From Botryllus schlosseri (Eukaryota), in the NCBI GenBank assembly GCA_051294905.1, contig CM119371.1, forward strand, positions 9,488,001-9,552,000: DNA of 64,000 nt, written 5' to 3'. The notes beneath the pieces were generated by a model. The model was not told the DNA's origin. It saw only the letters and a program-made list of their open reading frames with translations, and ran no database searches. The translations under genes were made by a program, and so were the position numbers. Shown one piece after another: positions 51,201-64,000 of this stretch. The number at the start of each line of letters is the position of its first letter. Position 1 is the first letter of the stretch.

Positions 51201-54200
51201 AAAAGCATCCGTTGAGTATGACAAGTCAGTGATGCGCCCTTGTACACCCATCCGTACTGGCTCATCCAGTGGACATTTTGGTGCTCCTTGTACATTGGCT
51301 GAGCAGCGCTGTCTTTTACTTCAGGAATTTTGTAAATGCAAGTCGTGGTCTGTTTTAATTTTGATCACAATTTGGTGTAGCGAATAGCTCTAATCAGTTA
51401 ATTGTTTCGTTGGATTATACCTACTTTTACCTGCCTTGTCTGGATGATCACAAAGCCCTAATTTGATTATATCCTACCAATAATGGGTTAGAAAATACCC
51501 ATCATGGCCGATAACTCATCGCTACAGCCACGCCGTTGTAGTAGGAGCATTGAATCGTGAATATACGCGATAATATTTTTCAGGATTCTGCGGCGGCTCC
51601 ACGCTCAACGTGATGTTTTATTCGGTGACCGTTTATTACAGCAAACACCGCGCGAAAGCAGCTGGCATTGCGACCGCTGGGATATCTGTGGGAGTGCTGG
51701 TGGCTGCGCCTGCGTTGTCCGCATTGATCGATGAGTATGGCTGGAGAGGTGCTATGCTGATAACGTCGGGGATATCGTTGCATGCATGTGTTGGAATGGC
51801 CACGTACCGGTAGTTATCTTGTTATATTCTCATGCACTTCAATATTTCTTGTATCACAAATGACGATTCGGATACACGTTTCAAAACAAACGTTCGTTTG
51901 CCTATAAAATCCTAATTTTAACAGACCTGTCATCACAAAAGAAATCGGCAATACTTCGAAAACTATTGTCTACAAAAACTCTGAAGTTGACGACCCTCGA
52001 AACAAAAACTGCTCAGCCCGACTGAAGTCTATCTTCGATTACACTTTATTTACGCGTCTAAGCTACATTTTGGTGTACATATCGAGTACGACCTATTGGG
52101 TCGCACGGGTAAGAGCAAGGACACTTCATGTAGATACGAATTCGAATTTCCATGATCGAGTGTTATCACGATTTACTACATGGCTTATATCATCTTTCAC
52201 AGTAAACTGTAATAACTGGTCGGATCGGTGTTCAAAAATTTGAATGCTGCTTCCAAAAGTACGTACAGGATATATATACATGTATTGAATTTTGTCATTC
52301 AATTGTCTACAAGACGAAACAAATTTTTTCCGCTTTTAACCATCGTATGGTTATTTATGAGTACAACTGCCACTGCGACAGTCAGTATGTGGGACGCACA
52401 TCTTAACGTTTGTTGGAACGCATCAAGCAGCACGTTCCAAAAGCAATAACATCGACATCATATAGCCGCTCGATCTGGAAAACCTGGCACGTCAATGCAA
52501 AATGGCGGCAAACGGCGCATCATGTAACTATGTAACAGCGCGCAATTCATCAATCGGTCGACATTTACTTGATAACCCGGTTTGCGCCCAAAACTATTCC
52601 GACGATATGCTTTCTGTTCTGTTCTAGGGCAGATCCACATTTATTAAACTGAACAATCCGGTCTTATGCCGGCAGAAAGAATATCTGCATAACCTTAAGA
52701 TTTCCCACTAGTTGCCGTTGTGTAGTTGTTGTGCATCTTGCTATCAAACGCCGATTTCTGTTCCTCAGTAATAATACATTTGCTACGTTAGCTGTATCAT
52801 TGTGTCTCACCATAGTGTCCTATATGGTGTCGACACAAGCAAATCTCACGGCTCAGTGAAACTGTATCACGTCACAATTTCCATTTGGCTACAGGCAGTT
52901 TGACGATCATTTTTGACCGGCTTACCGAGCATTAAATTTGGTAAAACGGGTATCAATCGCAAGCTGCCTCTGCACTGGTGACGAAAATATAAATTTTATT
53001 CCGCTCGCGGACCTGGAACCCCCACAATCAGCCTCAAATTTTTCATTGTTATGGAGGCTCGCATAGGGACGCAACAATGCTTTCTGGCTCTTTTTTTCTT
53101 GAGCTACTCTCTCGTTTCGCCAGACAGCATTGTTGCGTCATGAGCTACTCTCTCGTTTCGCCAGACAGCATTGTTGCGTCTCAATGCCAATCTCCATAAC
53201 AATGGAAAATTCGAGGTTGAGCGGAATAAAATTTATATTTTCGTCATCAGTGCAGAGTCAGCTTTCGATTGATACCCGTTTTACCAAATTTAATGCTCGG
53301 CAAGCCGGTCAAAAATGACCGTCAAATTGCCTGTAGCCAAATGGAAATTGTGACGGGATACAATTTCACTGAGCCGTGAGATTTGCTTTTGTCGACACCA
53401 TATTGGACACTATGGTCTCACGCTCTCATTTCCTGTTACATTACTGTAAGTTATTGCGTCATAATCCTTCATTTCGTGTTCAATTCAACTCTGTTTTATA
53501 TCCCTTATCGCCCCGGAAGCTCTTGATAAGTGGCACGCGAAAAGTTCTCAGAGTTTCAATAAACGTTCACCATTACTTTTGAAAGCAGTAAACTGTAATC
53601 ATTTCAAATGCCGGTAATGATTTTCCACCGAAGACTCCCATTTCTGTGAGATGACTGGATTATATTTGGAACTGCAGGTGTCCAGTCAATACCGAGAATG
53701 CTATTACCGAGAAGGACAATACCGAGAATAGACATTACCGAGAATGGACGATACCGAGAATGGACATTACCGAGAATGCAATATATGCAATGCCGGCATG
53801 TTATGCATATGAACAGTTCGTATGTGTGCATCACGGCGTTGCCACATTCAGTATCGATTCTTAGGTATAAATTTCTCGACAACGTCCGTTACATTAAGCT
53901 AAGATTCTTGGCATTGGCCATTCTCGGTAATGTCCATTCTCGATAATGTTCGTTCTCGGTAATGTCCATTCTCGGTAATGTCCGTTCTCGGTAATGTCCA
54001 TTCTCGGTAATAGCATTCTCGGTAATGTCCATCTCGGTAATAGCATTCTCGGTAATAGCATTCTCGGTAATAGTATGGAACCGGAACTGCATATATCGTA
54101 TTTCAATTAGGAAATGGATAGTTGGTCAAAGTACTCATCGTTGCTACTCGAGTAGAAGTAGAAGTATCACCGTAAATTTTTAATCAAGTACGGTCGGCAG

Positions 54201-57200
54201 AAGCAGTTTCCAAGACATATCAAAAGTACTTCAAGTAGAAGTAGAAAGTGTAAGGCCTGCAAAGAACTCAAGTAAGTAGTTTCAAAAAGTACATATGATC
54301 GAGGCCGCCTCACGTACCCTCGATATTGTAAGATATGTCTTCGTGACTGATGACTAACAACAGTATAAAAAGATGAAACTTTCGAAACTAGATTCAGTTG
54401 CAGTTCAAATGCCACTATATCAGGGTTGCATTTAAATCAAAAATCGATTTAAAACAAACATATTTGAACATGGCAATTGTTCAAAACATGTTTTTATCGT
54501 TTTGTTGTTGTTGTGTTTAGCGATGACGCAACGAATATTTATTATGATGTCACATTGGATCAACGTTGACAATTGAAAATGTAGGGTAAATATGACTCCT
54601 TCGACGAAACGGGCTTCCAGCCCCTATCATAAACGAACCAAAAATATCTTTAACCAGGACTACATCGTTATGTATCATTTTTACGGTCGGTGTGTCGATT
54701 ATCATCAAAACACCCATTCCGTACCGATGATATACGTATGTATATGTATAATACATGCCAGAACTGTTGAACCGACGACGTATTCGCGGCTTCCAGCCGC
54801 TGCATATCGTATACGTCGACCTTATCTGGTGCAAGTCGTCCGCAGGCTCATATTACATGCTTAGTCGGAATTATTTACGCAATTAAGGTATAATTAAACA
54901 ACGTTTGAATTTTTTTAGATGCATTCGTTTAAAACACTGTTTATAACAGAGTTCTCAAACTCAAATGTACTCTCGGATCAATTTCCTAGTATTTGATGAC
55001 GCCACAGGCCGCAGCATAAATAATGGGGATATTCAATGTATAATTTACAAGTACGCCTTATTTGACGGGACCTTGTAGCAGGCATTCCACAAACATCGTG
55101 AAAATTTAATTTACTTTTGTGCCATTCACGCTTGACACGAAAAAAAAATCACATTTTCAAATATTTGAATAAAATTATTTTTGTGCCGGGAATAATTTGT
55201 TTAAATGATGAGACATCATGCAAGAGGGTGTATCATGATTCATGACATCGTAAAACTGTCGGGATATAATATTGCAGCCAGTGAACCTTTGACGTGCCAC
55301 AATTGTATGTAGAATATTTTAAGATCTACTGAAGATTGATCTGATATCGGAGCATTTGAGCGGTGTTGCCTAATCCTGGTTTGGATATAGTCGTGATAAA
55401 GGCTATTGTTACTGTCATTGCCAAAGTCAAATCAGCGTTAGATATTGCCTTCGATAAATATTGGAACATATCAATAACAACTTAAATATTGAGCCATAGT
55501 AATAGCACTGTTTCTTAACTTTTTAGCGATCATACCCCCTGTGCTTCCAATAAGATCGTAACCCCTGTCCCTTTGCAACACAATTTTTGATGGTACCTAT
55601 AATAAATCAGAAAGCCCATTCACATAAAATCGCGCGAAGACTATTTCCCAGCTGCATAAACTGACGAAGAAAATATTCTACAGCATATAGGTCTAATCCC
55701 ACAATGCATCTCGTACCCCCTGATGTGTTGCATCGTACCGCGAAGGGGTCTACGAACCATGGTTAAGAACCCCTGGAATAGAAATGTCCAATCGCCGAAG
55801 AATTCATTGGTGTTACATCTGTGGAGCGTACCACTAGGACTAAATTACTCGTCACCGATAGTAACATGGATAAAGAGAAGAAATAACACCTAGCATGTAA
55901 CCAACTATACATCACGGGGGTCACACAATGCCAATGGTTGCCATACGGACCTGATTAGATAGCTATATACCCTACGCAACGCAAGCTACGACCTTTTGAT
56001 ATATTACTATTCCCGACGACATAGTTTCATAGATTGTTGCGTCCGTAGGATTACCAAGTCACTGTTCCGAGTCGCAAGTTATTCTCTGATTTTTAGGTTT
56101 GAACCAACACGAGTCATTTTTATTTATTCACCTAGTCAATCCGAAATCGAGTAATTTTACGAAAGGTCGCACCAAACCAAATCACAATTTTCAGTCACGA
56201 TTCATCAACGGGTCATGTTTTATCATTACGAACTAGAAATGTGACGTAATAGCATGTTTGAGACCTCTGGTTTAGAACATGTTTTAAACAAAGTATTTTA
56301 GAACACCATTGGTTTAAAATGTAACCCTAACCACTATATTGTTTTTCCTGCTTTATAGTACGGGTCTACATTTCTGCTCGTTCCTTTTGCAATGGAATAT
56401 TTGGGTTTGGGAAGACCAGATGGTTCCATTTTACTCGCGGTGTATTATGGAGGAGAGCTTGTCGGGAAACTACTAAGCGGATTGATAGCGGACTGTGAAA
56501 AAATTAACAGGTTAGTAACGCATTGACAAAAGCACAGAATCACTAAATGTTGTGACTGGAGTATCCCAGTTATGTAGGCCTACGTGGAAGTTAATGAACT
56601 TAATGATAGTAATGTAATTTCAGAATACTAATGAGAAATAGGGCAACCAATGGAAATAAGGATACTAGTCAATTATAAGGTAACTACTGTACTTACTGTA
56701 ATGACACATGAAGATACTAACGACTACAAAAGTTCAAATACGGTCATTTTAACTCCAGTTCCGAGTTACAACTCCATCTTGATACCGAATAAATCCATAT
56801 TTTGGGTGTATGACTCGTTCCGTTAATTTCGTTTGTGTATCTTTAGGTTTCAATATTCCATTAGTCTTCTTCCGCTAGCACAACATGTTCATTATGTTCG
56901 ATATTCCGCTATTGCGTCCATGCAAAAGTTAAGTCATTGACTAATCGTCGGGCGGCGGGGTTCAGCTAACTCCTGACTGTGATGCACCGCACAACTTTTG
57001 TCTCGAACAGGCGTTCATGCGCTATTATCATTGCTCTGCACTTTGACTTGACATTTATATTTGCCACGATTTTCTTTTAGGCCAATGTTTATAGGAATCG
57101 CCTCGTTTCTTGGAACAATGGCCACCTTCGGAATAACATTCTGCGGTACATTTGCTTGGGCATGTATCGGAGCTGTGTTACTAGGAATGACTTATGCGCC

Positions 57201-58147
57201 TTACGGTGGCTTATATGTGCTTCTCCACCCTGAAGTGTTCGAATATGATAAGATACCAAACGCGCTAAGCTACGATGGCTTCATCAGCACCATGTTGACA
57301 TTACCGATAATTTATCTTCTAGGTAAGTAAGTATGTTGGCATGGATGTATCCTTGTAGTAGGCTATCCATAATTCTATGTCAACTGAATTGCAGATCTTG
57401 CTGACACATTTGTACCTAGGACTAGGCTTACTCCTAAAGATAACCATTAAAGTGGGAATATGTACATTGTAAAGGTTGTTTGACATGAAACAAAGCTGGT
57501 TTGCTCTTAGCCCAACCTGAACTAACCTCAAACCTATCTTTCCTCATTCTGCCCCTGTCGATGGATATTAGCAGTGCGATTCGAGTCTGTGTCGATATTG
57601 ATCTTGATCAGTGGTGCTGAAGGGCGGCTCGCTCCATCATGCCCAGAAATCATCGGCGCTGGGCTTTCGCGAAATAGTACATGGATAAAAGGACTTAAAA
57701 ACTTTATATCTGCGTATACAAACTGAGACTATCGAATGTTTACACTCGATACTGTGACTGTTGAAGCCGCTTATCTGTGAGACGGATATGGTGCGTAAGT
57801 TAACTAGTGACAAATGACTTGAAATTGATTGCGACGTAACAATCTCATTACAACAATCTTATTGCAGCTTTGATTTCACTGCAGAGCGACGCGACATGGC
57901 CTCATTTTTCTTAATAGCTGGCGACCAAGTCAAAACTAAGAATAATGAACTAAATCCATTCAAATTTCAAAATTCAGCGATTTTTGCCAGTGTTGCGCTT
58001 AACGGTCTTCATGTATTTACAGGAGTGCTGATCGACGTGACCGGTGATGTCAGAGTGGCCTACTACGTTTGCGGATTCTTTATGTTTATTTGCTCTGGTT
58101 CCCTTCTCGGGATTTATACCTTACTAAGGAGGCGAGATCCAACGTGA
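45206..58147 (+). CDS. SLC16/monocarboxylate transporter-like MFS permease, copy B, 422 aa (exons 45206-45404, 50554-50694, 51584-51809, 51925-52108, 56359-56510, 57081-57322, 58023-58147)
   Basis: All seven GT-AG exons join in frame (1269 nt). Motifs PDSSWTW, FGVFYPE, YYSKHRAKAAGIATAG, YGWRGA, GLIAD. An acceptor-like CACAG 7 nt before the ATG suggests an upstream non-coding exon. Confidence 0.9.
46357..49664. mobile_element. Foldback element with ~900-bp TIRs, probable P-superfamily (Galileo-like), no intact ORF
   Basis: TATAGATAACTAAGG..CCTTAGTTATCTATA. 7-bp TSD GTGAAAC (46350-46356, 49665-49671). Arms ~46357-47230 and ~48810-49664. Confidence 0.8.
52811..53414. mobile_element. Near-palindromic MITE, probable P-superfamily
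   Basis: CATAGTGTCC..GGACACTATG. Arms of ~250 bp. 7-bp TSD GTCTCAC (52804-52810, 53415-53421). 41-bp tandem duplication at 53100-53180. Confidence 0.85.
53677..54082. mobile_element. Mutator-type MITE with 17-bp subterminal arrays (ATTACCGAGAATGGAC)
   Basis: GG..CC termini and perfect 9-bp TSD GGAACTGCA (53668-53676, 54083-54091). Inverted arrays at 53690-53777 and 53918-54070. Remnant at ~17003-17095. Confidence 0.9.
54421..56329. mobile_element. Nested stack: CAGGGTTG/TAACCCTA MITE > Charlie-type 54947-56269 > Charlie-type ~55506-55775
   Basis: Outer direct repeat CCACTATAT. Middle element CAGAGTTCTCAAAC / GTTTGAGACCTCTG with TSD GTTTATAA / GTTTAGAA. Innermost TSD unclear. Confidence 0.65.
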
Positions 58148-58223
58148 TCTAATCGTGGCAGATGTACTACATTGAGGTAGAGTCCATGAGCAAGGGCATT
58201 AACCAATAGCTTACTGATGTAGG

Positions 58224-60123
58224 CAGTGGCGGCTCGTGACAATATCGGGTGGTGGGGCAAGGGCTGCAAGCGACTTTTTATCAAGATGACGTCACAATGG
58301 CGTTTTCCAACGTAAACAAGTAACTTAATGATGGTACGGTAACATGAATTTCCCGGCAACAGTGATTTTACCGTATGTGCCACGAGAGGTCCGCTGGTGA
58401 GCTGTGACTTGAAGTGTGGTGACTGCGTAAACGGCGTACGGAACAAAGATTCAACACGGTTCATGTTCGCATTAGACCTGACTAATTATCTGCAGAAATG
58501 GAAATGACTATAACTCGAGAGATAGCGTAAGCCTAATTGGAAAGGTCAACGAATTCGGACAGATACGCAATTGTTATCTCATAGATTGGGCCTGTCCTAT
58601 TGAATCCAAAACATCATTGTAAAGGACTAAGAATAGCAGCCTCGGAAATTTGGTCTCGGTACAGCATAAGAGATTTTGGCCTTGAAACTGGAGACTGTAA
58701 CACGACACATACGTTTTTATTACTGTCTTATAGGTCTGCTGCGAAATCGCCTTTGAAAAATATATTACCGAATAAATACGTGGATGAAAGCCCTAAACTT
58801 GGTACACTGTTACATGACATTATCCAGAAGTGGCCTCATGGCCCTTTTCGGTATCGTACACTGTCAAAATTAATGCGAACAGACCAACACCGAATTTTGC
58901 GTAAAATTTACTGAGGAATAGGCTGATCAAGTGACGGGGGGGTTGTACGCAAATGGCTTGAAGGCCACAATTTCACGGTGAAATTGACATTGGAGAATAT
59001 ACGATCAAAGTAAATATTTGAATGCAAACTGAGAATGATATCATCATCTCACTTAACGTTACCGCAGATACACCGGCTTTTGCGTGAAATCCGCAATGTG
59101 TTGTAGGCTAAAGTGTCAGATCGGAGCATATCTTTAACATACTCGACCTTGATAACGAAATTACTGCCCTAATCATTGAGTGTCAACCTTGAGACTTGGC
59201 ACAGCGTTCGATACTAAAATCAAGACATACCGTGCAAAAGCTTATGACGGATCTAGGTAAGGAGCATCGTTAAAATCAATAGAGACCAATACCGGCTTTG
59301 CGTATAATCTGTTAGCGATAAATGACGAGTCAGCTCTCACTCGAATTAGGAAACGAAATTACCACTAACACAGTTCAGTGACAAACTTAAAACTTGGTAC
59401 AGCGTTCGATACTAACATTAAGACTTACCGTGCCAAATGTCATAACCGATCTCAGTATTGAACACCGTCAAAACCAATGGATATTAATACCGGCTTTTGA
59501 GTAAAATCTGTTTGCGATACATGACGGATCAGCACACACTCAACTTCGGAAACGGAATTACTACCCTAAACTTTAAGTAGAAACCCTGAAACTTGGGGCA
59601 GTGTTAAATACCACCATCACGACATGACATAACAAGTTTCAAGAGTTTTCATGGTGTGAAACCCCATTAAAATCGACCTATACCAGCAAAGGTCGACTAA
59701 ACGCATATGACGGTACAGAGTTCAGCTATAGATACGATTGTTACATCACACCTTAAGGGCACAGAGCTATCGTGCCCCGGTTGCTCGGTAATTTTATGAA
59801 TAGGAGAGAGTAAATCACCGTTTCTTTATTGTGCGCGGTTTTGAGAGAATAGACAGTGAAAGCTTGTTATGAGCGCTACCGGGGCAAGCCCCGGCTAGGC
59901 ATTCGCAAAGCGAAAACACAGAAAAGAATTCGATTTTCGCAGAGACTTCGCTATACATGGGCATATTGGGCATTTACAAGCGAAAGGACAAGAAGTATAC
60001 GATTTTCGCTGTGATTTCGGTTTATATAGATAGGTGTGCGTCTATAAATGGTAAAGAATTGTTATTGAACAGAATTTTAGGTGGGGCAATGCCCCAGTTG
60101 CCCTATAGGACGAGCCGCCACTG
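58224..60123 (+). mobile_element. Non-autonomous hAT-like element (CAGTGGCGG ends) with internal ~200-bp tandem repeats, family W copy 1
   Basis: TIR CAGTGGCGGCTCGT / ACGAGCCGCCACTG. Perfect TSD GATGTAGG (58216-58223, 60124-60131). Confidence 0.9.
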
Positions 60124-62798
60124 GATGTAGGCCTATACGCGTTATTCGATGTAAAATTAACCAATCGAGAAAGTAGTGAAATCAGAGAAGACATACTTGA
60201 GTACTCCAAAAAGTGAACGTACTCCGTTACTGACCTCTTTGGCCTGTGACTTACTCCGGTAGCTTATGAATGGATGTTTCCATATATAATTAAAGCCTGT
60301 TTGATTCTCGCGAGATGACGGAAAGATAACGTAGTGGTGACCTTTGCCCGTGTTCAGGTTGATACTCTGGGCTGCTCTTCCCCGTATCGCCATTCTAACG
60401 GTGACAAAAAAGCCCAGAAAAGAAGTCCCGATGAAGAACGAAAACAGAAAAAGAAATGAGAAAGACTAAAGATTAAAATCGAAAAGACTGTGACATCGGG
60501 CCGCGGTGGATGCGAGATTTGGTCATTTCGGCATCCTTCTATCTGTTCATTACATCGCGTTGTGCCTTGCGTGTCGCACTGCTCACTGTGTGAATCTTGA
60601 TAGGATAAATATATTGATTGATTATGTCGTAATCAGGTTACTTGCGGATGTAATATTGATGTTTATATAGGGCCTATACGCATAGTCTATTCACGACCAG
60701 TAAATGGCGAACAAAATAGCATCGCTCATCGTGATGTTAAAGCTGGATGCAATTGTCAATTGATTTGTCATATCAACTATAATGTACAACGATGATTTTG
60801 TAACGATTTGTTTTGGTAATAGTGAATGACAGGAATTATAGATTTGTGACGAAAGTACATCAAGCATGCTATCGTCATCGCTTTCAGAAATGTGTCCTAC
60901 AGACTTTCACACCAACCTCAACAATATAGGACCACTTGATGGATCATCGCCAGTTTACGGACTGCTGCCAACTCCGCTAATGCCAACCAGACTCGGACAA
61001 CTAGATAATTCTATTGGTCTAATTTCACTAAATCAGAGCGAAATGCCACTAATATAATTCTAATCTAATTTGTGAAATGTTCCCATGCTTTAATTCTAAT
61101 ATAATTTGTGAAATGTTTTTATGCTCTAATTCTAATCTAATTTATTGCTTTCCGGAAAATCCCTCTTTGTCCGAGGCATTTTGCAGCGAGTTAACAAGAA
61201 TATCCCTCTCTCGCAGGGAAATCCAGTGCCAAGCCGCCATCGCCTTACTTAGGCCTACACCGTGCACTTCATGCAGTCATGGTAGTTATTGTGACGAATC
61301 AAATAGCCTGTTAGCATAGTTACCATAGTAGCTTGTAGTTGCGAACAACATTCTAGTTTTCAAAACTTTACTTTAGTACGACGTTGTGCTGACAAACATG
61401 GGCGATGCTCATGGTTGCCAGACCAAAAAAGAAGTAATATTTTATTAAAGTAGTACAAATACAACGCTAAATACCATGATCATAAACGTCATTATATTTT
61501 GAACTATGAGCTGCGCACGATACCCGAAAACGCTTTTCAACGACTAACGAATCGATATTGGGGTTAGGCAGCGAAAGTCTAACTCATCCTAAAGATTGAT
61601 CATGTGGGGACGTCCTATGCCGTTTTCTAAGCGTCACGGTCTTGGCAGTGTCTGGGGCATTGCACGCCAAGGCAATATGCTTATTGATATCAACTGACTC
61701 TCCATCGATGGAATGCTGTTGCCATCGCCGAAGCCTTTTCAGCTTGTGTGGAATAGTGTTGTTGGGCAGAGGCGAATGGCTTATTTTGAAACAACAACAA
61801 TAATTTGAAACTGAAATCAATTTTAGCATTTCAAAATGCTTTAACTCGTGTTCTCCCAAAATCACAAATAAGATCGCCGGCCGCGATTGCAGTGACCCCT
61901 GGCACTGTACAAAACGAGCCAAGCTTGGTGTAGGCCTGCAGACGTTTACCATTCTCATTGTTACGGGAATGCACTGTGATTTGATATGAACTGATTTTTG
62001 CTGTATTTATTTCCCATTCTCAATTTCATTCAACTTCTAGTCTTTGCGAATTCAGTAATTCTAATTCTAATCTAATTTGGAACAAATAGTGTAGCTCTAT
62101 TGCTAATTCGGAATTATTCCCTCTCGGTCGGGTCTGTTCAACATTTCTGCTATTCACGGTCGCATTTCCATTTCATACATAGCACACGGTCGCTTTCTAG
62201 CCGGACAGTCGTAATTCATTAATTGAAATTGTATGTTTCCGGTTGCCGACACACGCTCATCTAATTATGTGTAGACGGCCGCATAATAATTATTGTTCTA
62301 CGGCCGGATGTTGGCCAGGCCACCCATGTTCTAGCTAGGTCGATGGTATTGCGACCACATTTGTGCTCAATATGTAGCGTTATATATCCGTGGCGGTATC
62401 TCGTTAAGTACGCTAATCCGGTCTGCCGAATGTTCCAGTTAGGCTATGCATGTCGAAATAACTGTAGAAATTGCCAGTTGACTTTTGCTTCGAAGGGCAC
62501 GGCATATAGACCAGACTTAAGGGATGGGATCGGGAAAAGTTTCCTGTCTGTCGTAAATGTTATCATCGGCGTGGCACGTGCATCTTGGTGTGACTGCGAT
62601 AACAGTGGTTGTCCACTGTCCAGTGCATATGTACACGATTCCGTTGCGCTGAGTAATATAGTCAAGTCAGGTATAGAAGTCATATCCAAAACAGATATAA
62701 AGTAGTCGTAAAAATGCAAGCGACGCAGGTCGCGTGGCTCAGAATGTTAGCTACCAGTGGCGGTTCCTTGCATAAGGCAATCGGGGCATTGCCTCACC

Positions 62799-64000
62799 CA
62801 GTGGCGGCTCGCGACAATATCGGGTGGTGGGGCAATGGCGGCTAGCGACATTTTATCAAGATGACGTCACAATGGCGTTTTCCAACGTAAACAAGTAACT
62901 TAATGATGGTACGGTAACATGAATTTCCCGACCACAGTGATTTTAACGTATGTGCCACGAGAGGTCTGCCGGTGAGCTGTGACTTGAAGTGTGGTAACTG
63001 CGTAAACGGCGTACGGAACAAAGATTTACCACGGTTCATGTTCGCACTTGATCTGACTAATTATCTGCAGAAATGGAAATGATTATAACTCGAGAGATTG
63101 CGAAAGCCTGACTGGAAAGGTCAGCGAGTTCGGACACATACGCAATGGTTATCTCATAGATTGGGCCTGTCATATTGAATCCGAAACATCATTCTGAAGA
63201 ACTAAGAATAGCAACCTCGGAAATTCGGTCTCGGTACAGCATAGGAGATTTTGGCCTTGGAACTGGAGACTGTAACACGACACATACGGCTTTAGTACTG
63301 TCTATAGGTCTGCTGCGAAATCGCCTTTGGAAAATATATTACCGAATAAAAACGTGGATGAAAGCCGTAAACTTAGTACACTGTTACATGACATCATCGA
63401 GAAGTAGCCTCATGGCCCTTTTCGGTATGGTACACTGTCAACATTAATACGAACAGACCAGCACTGAATTTTGTGTAAAATTTACTGAGGAATAGACTGA
63501 TCAAGTGATTACCTGTTAGCCGCCATCGAAAACGAAATAGCTATCACGCTTGACAGAGTGTTGTAAGCAAATGCCTTGAAGGCCACAATTTCACGCTGAA
63601 ATTGTCATTGGAGAATATAAAGTAAAAGTAAATATTTGAATGCAAACCGAGAATGTTAGTAAACTGTTTCATGATATCCATGATATCATCATCTCATCAC
63701 CTATCTCAGTAAGGAACACAGTTAACGTTTGCACAGATACCGGCTTTTGCGTGAATTACGCAATGCGTTGTAGGCAAAAGTGTCAGATCAGCGCACATCT
63801 CTCTCTACCATACTCGACCTTGATAACGAAATTACTGCCCTAATCATTGAGTGTCAACCTTGAGACTTGGCACAACGTTCGATACTAAAATCAAGACATA
63901 CCGTGCAAAAGCTTATGACGGATCTAGGTAAGGAGGATCGTTAAAATCAATAGAGACGAATACCGGCTCTGCGTAAAATCTGTCAGCGATAAATGACTAG
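62799..64000 (+). mobile_element. Family W copy 2 (runs off window end), inserted into an inverted family W end at 62755-62798
   Basis: Colinear with 58224-~59330. The preceding 44 nt resemble the reverse complement of the family W right terminus (60080-60123). Confidence 0.85.

Noticed and set aside
60820..62120. Element with CTAATTCTAATCTAATTTG repeats
   Set aside because: The repeated motif is visible, but boundaries and TSD could not be established.
62..64000. Most other 60-180 aa ORFs in the six-frame track
   Set aside because: They lie within repeats or introns, or antisense to real exons, and show no recognisable motifs.

Overview
Intron-rich, AT-rich eukaryotic DNA, most likely from an invertebrate animal (inferred from SLC16 exon structure, TTAGGG-type motifs and hAT, MULE, Harbinger and tRNA-SINE content). 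The host content is two tandem + strand paralogues of an SLC16/monocarboxylate-transporter-like MFS gene, each with 7 coding exons. Copy B (45206-58147, 422 aa) splices cleanly. Copy A (11934-23358) has two TE insertions in its coding sequence: a SINE over the end of exon 4, and a MITE-like insert that replaces the stop codon. The rest is a dense nest of DNA transposons, many delimited by TIRs and TSDs. Highlights: (1) an apparently intact Mutator/Phantom-like element whose three exons splice in frame into a 592-aa PHD finger + FLYWCH + DDE transposase, and which carries a telomere-like CCCTAA array; (2) two 28-36 bp hairpin micro-elements with 8-bp TSDs, one confirmed by empty sites in paralogous repeats; (3) two long-TIR foldback elements with 7-bp GTnnnAC TSDs (P/Galileo-like); (4) MITEs inserted into their own family in inverted orientation. 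Degenerate Harbinger, Hermes-type hAT and Charlie transposase remnants are also present. All calls were read by eye and no database search was run.
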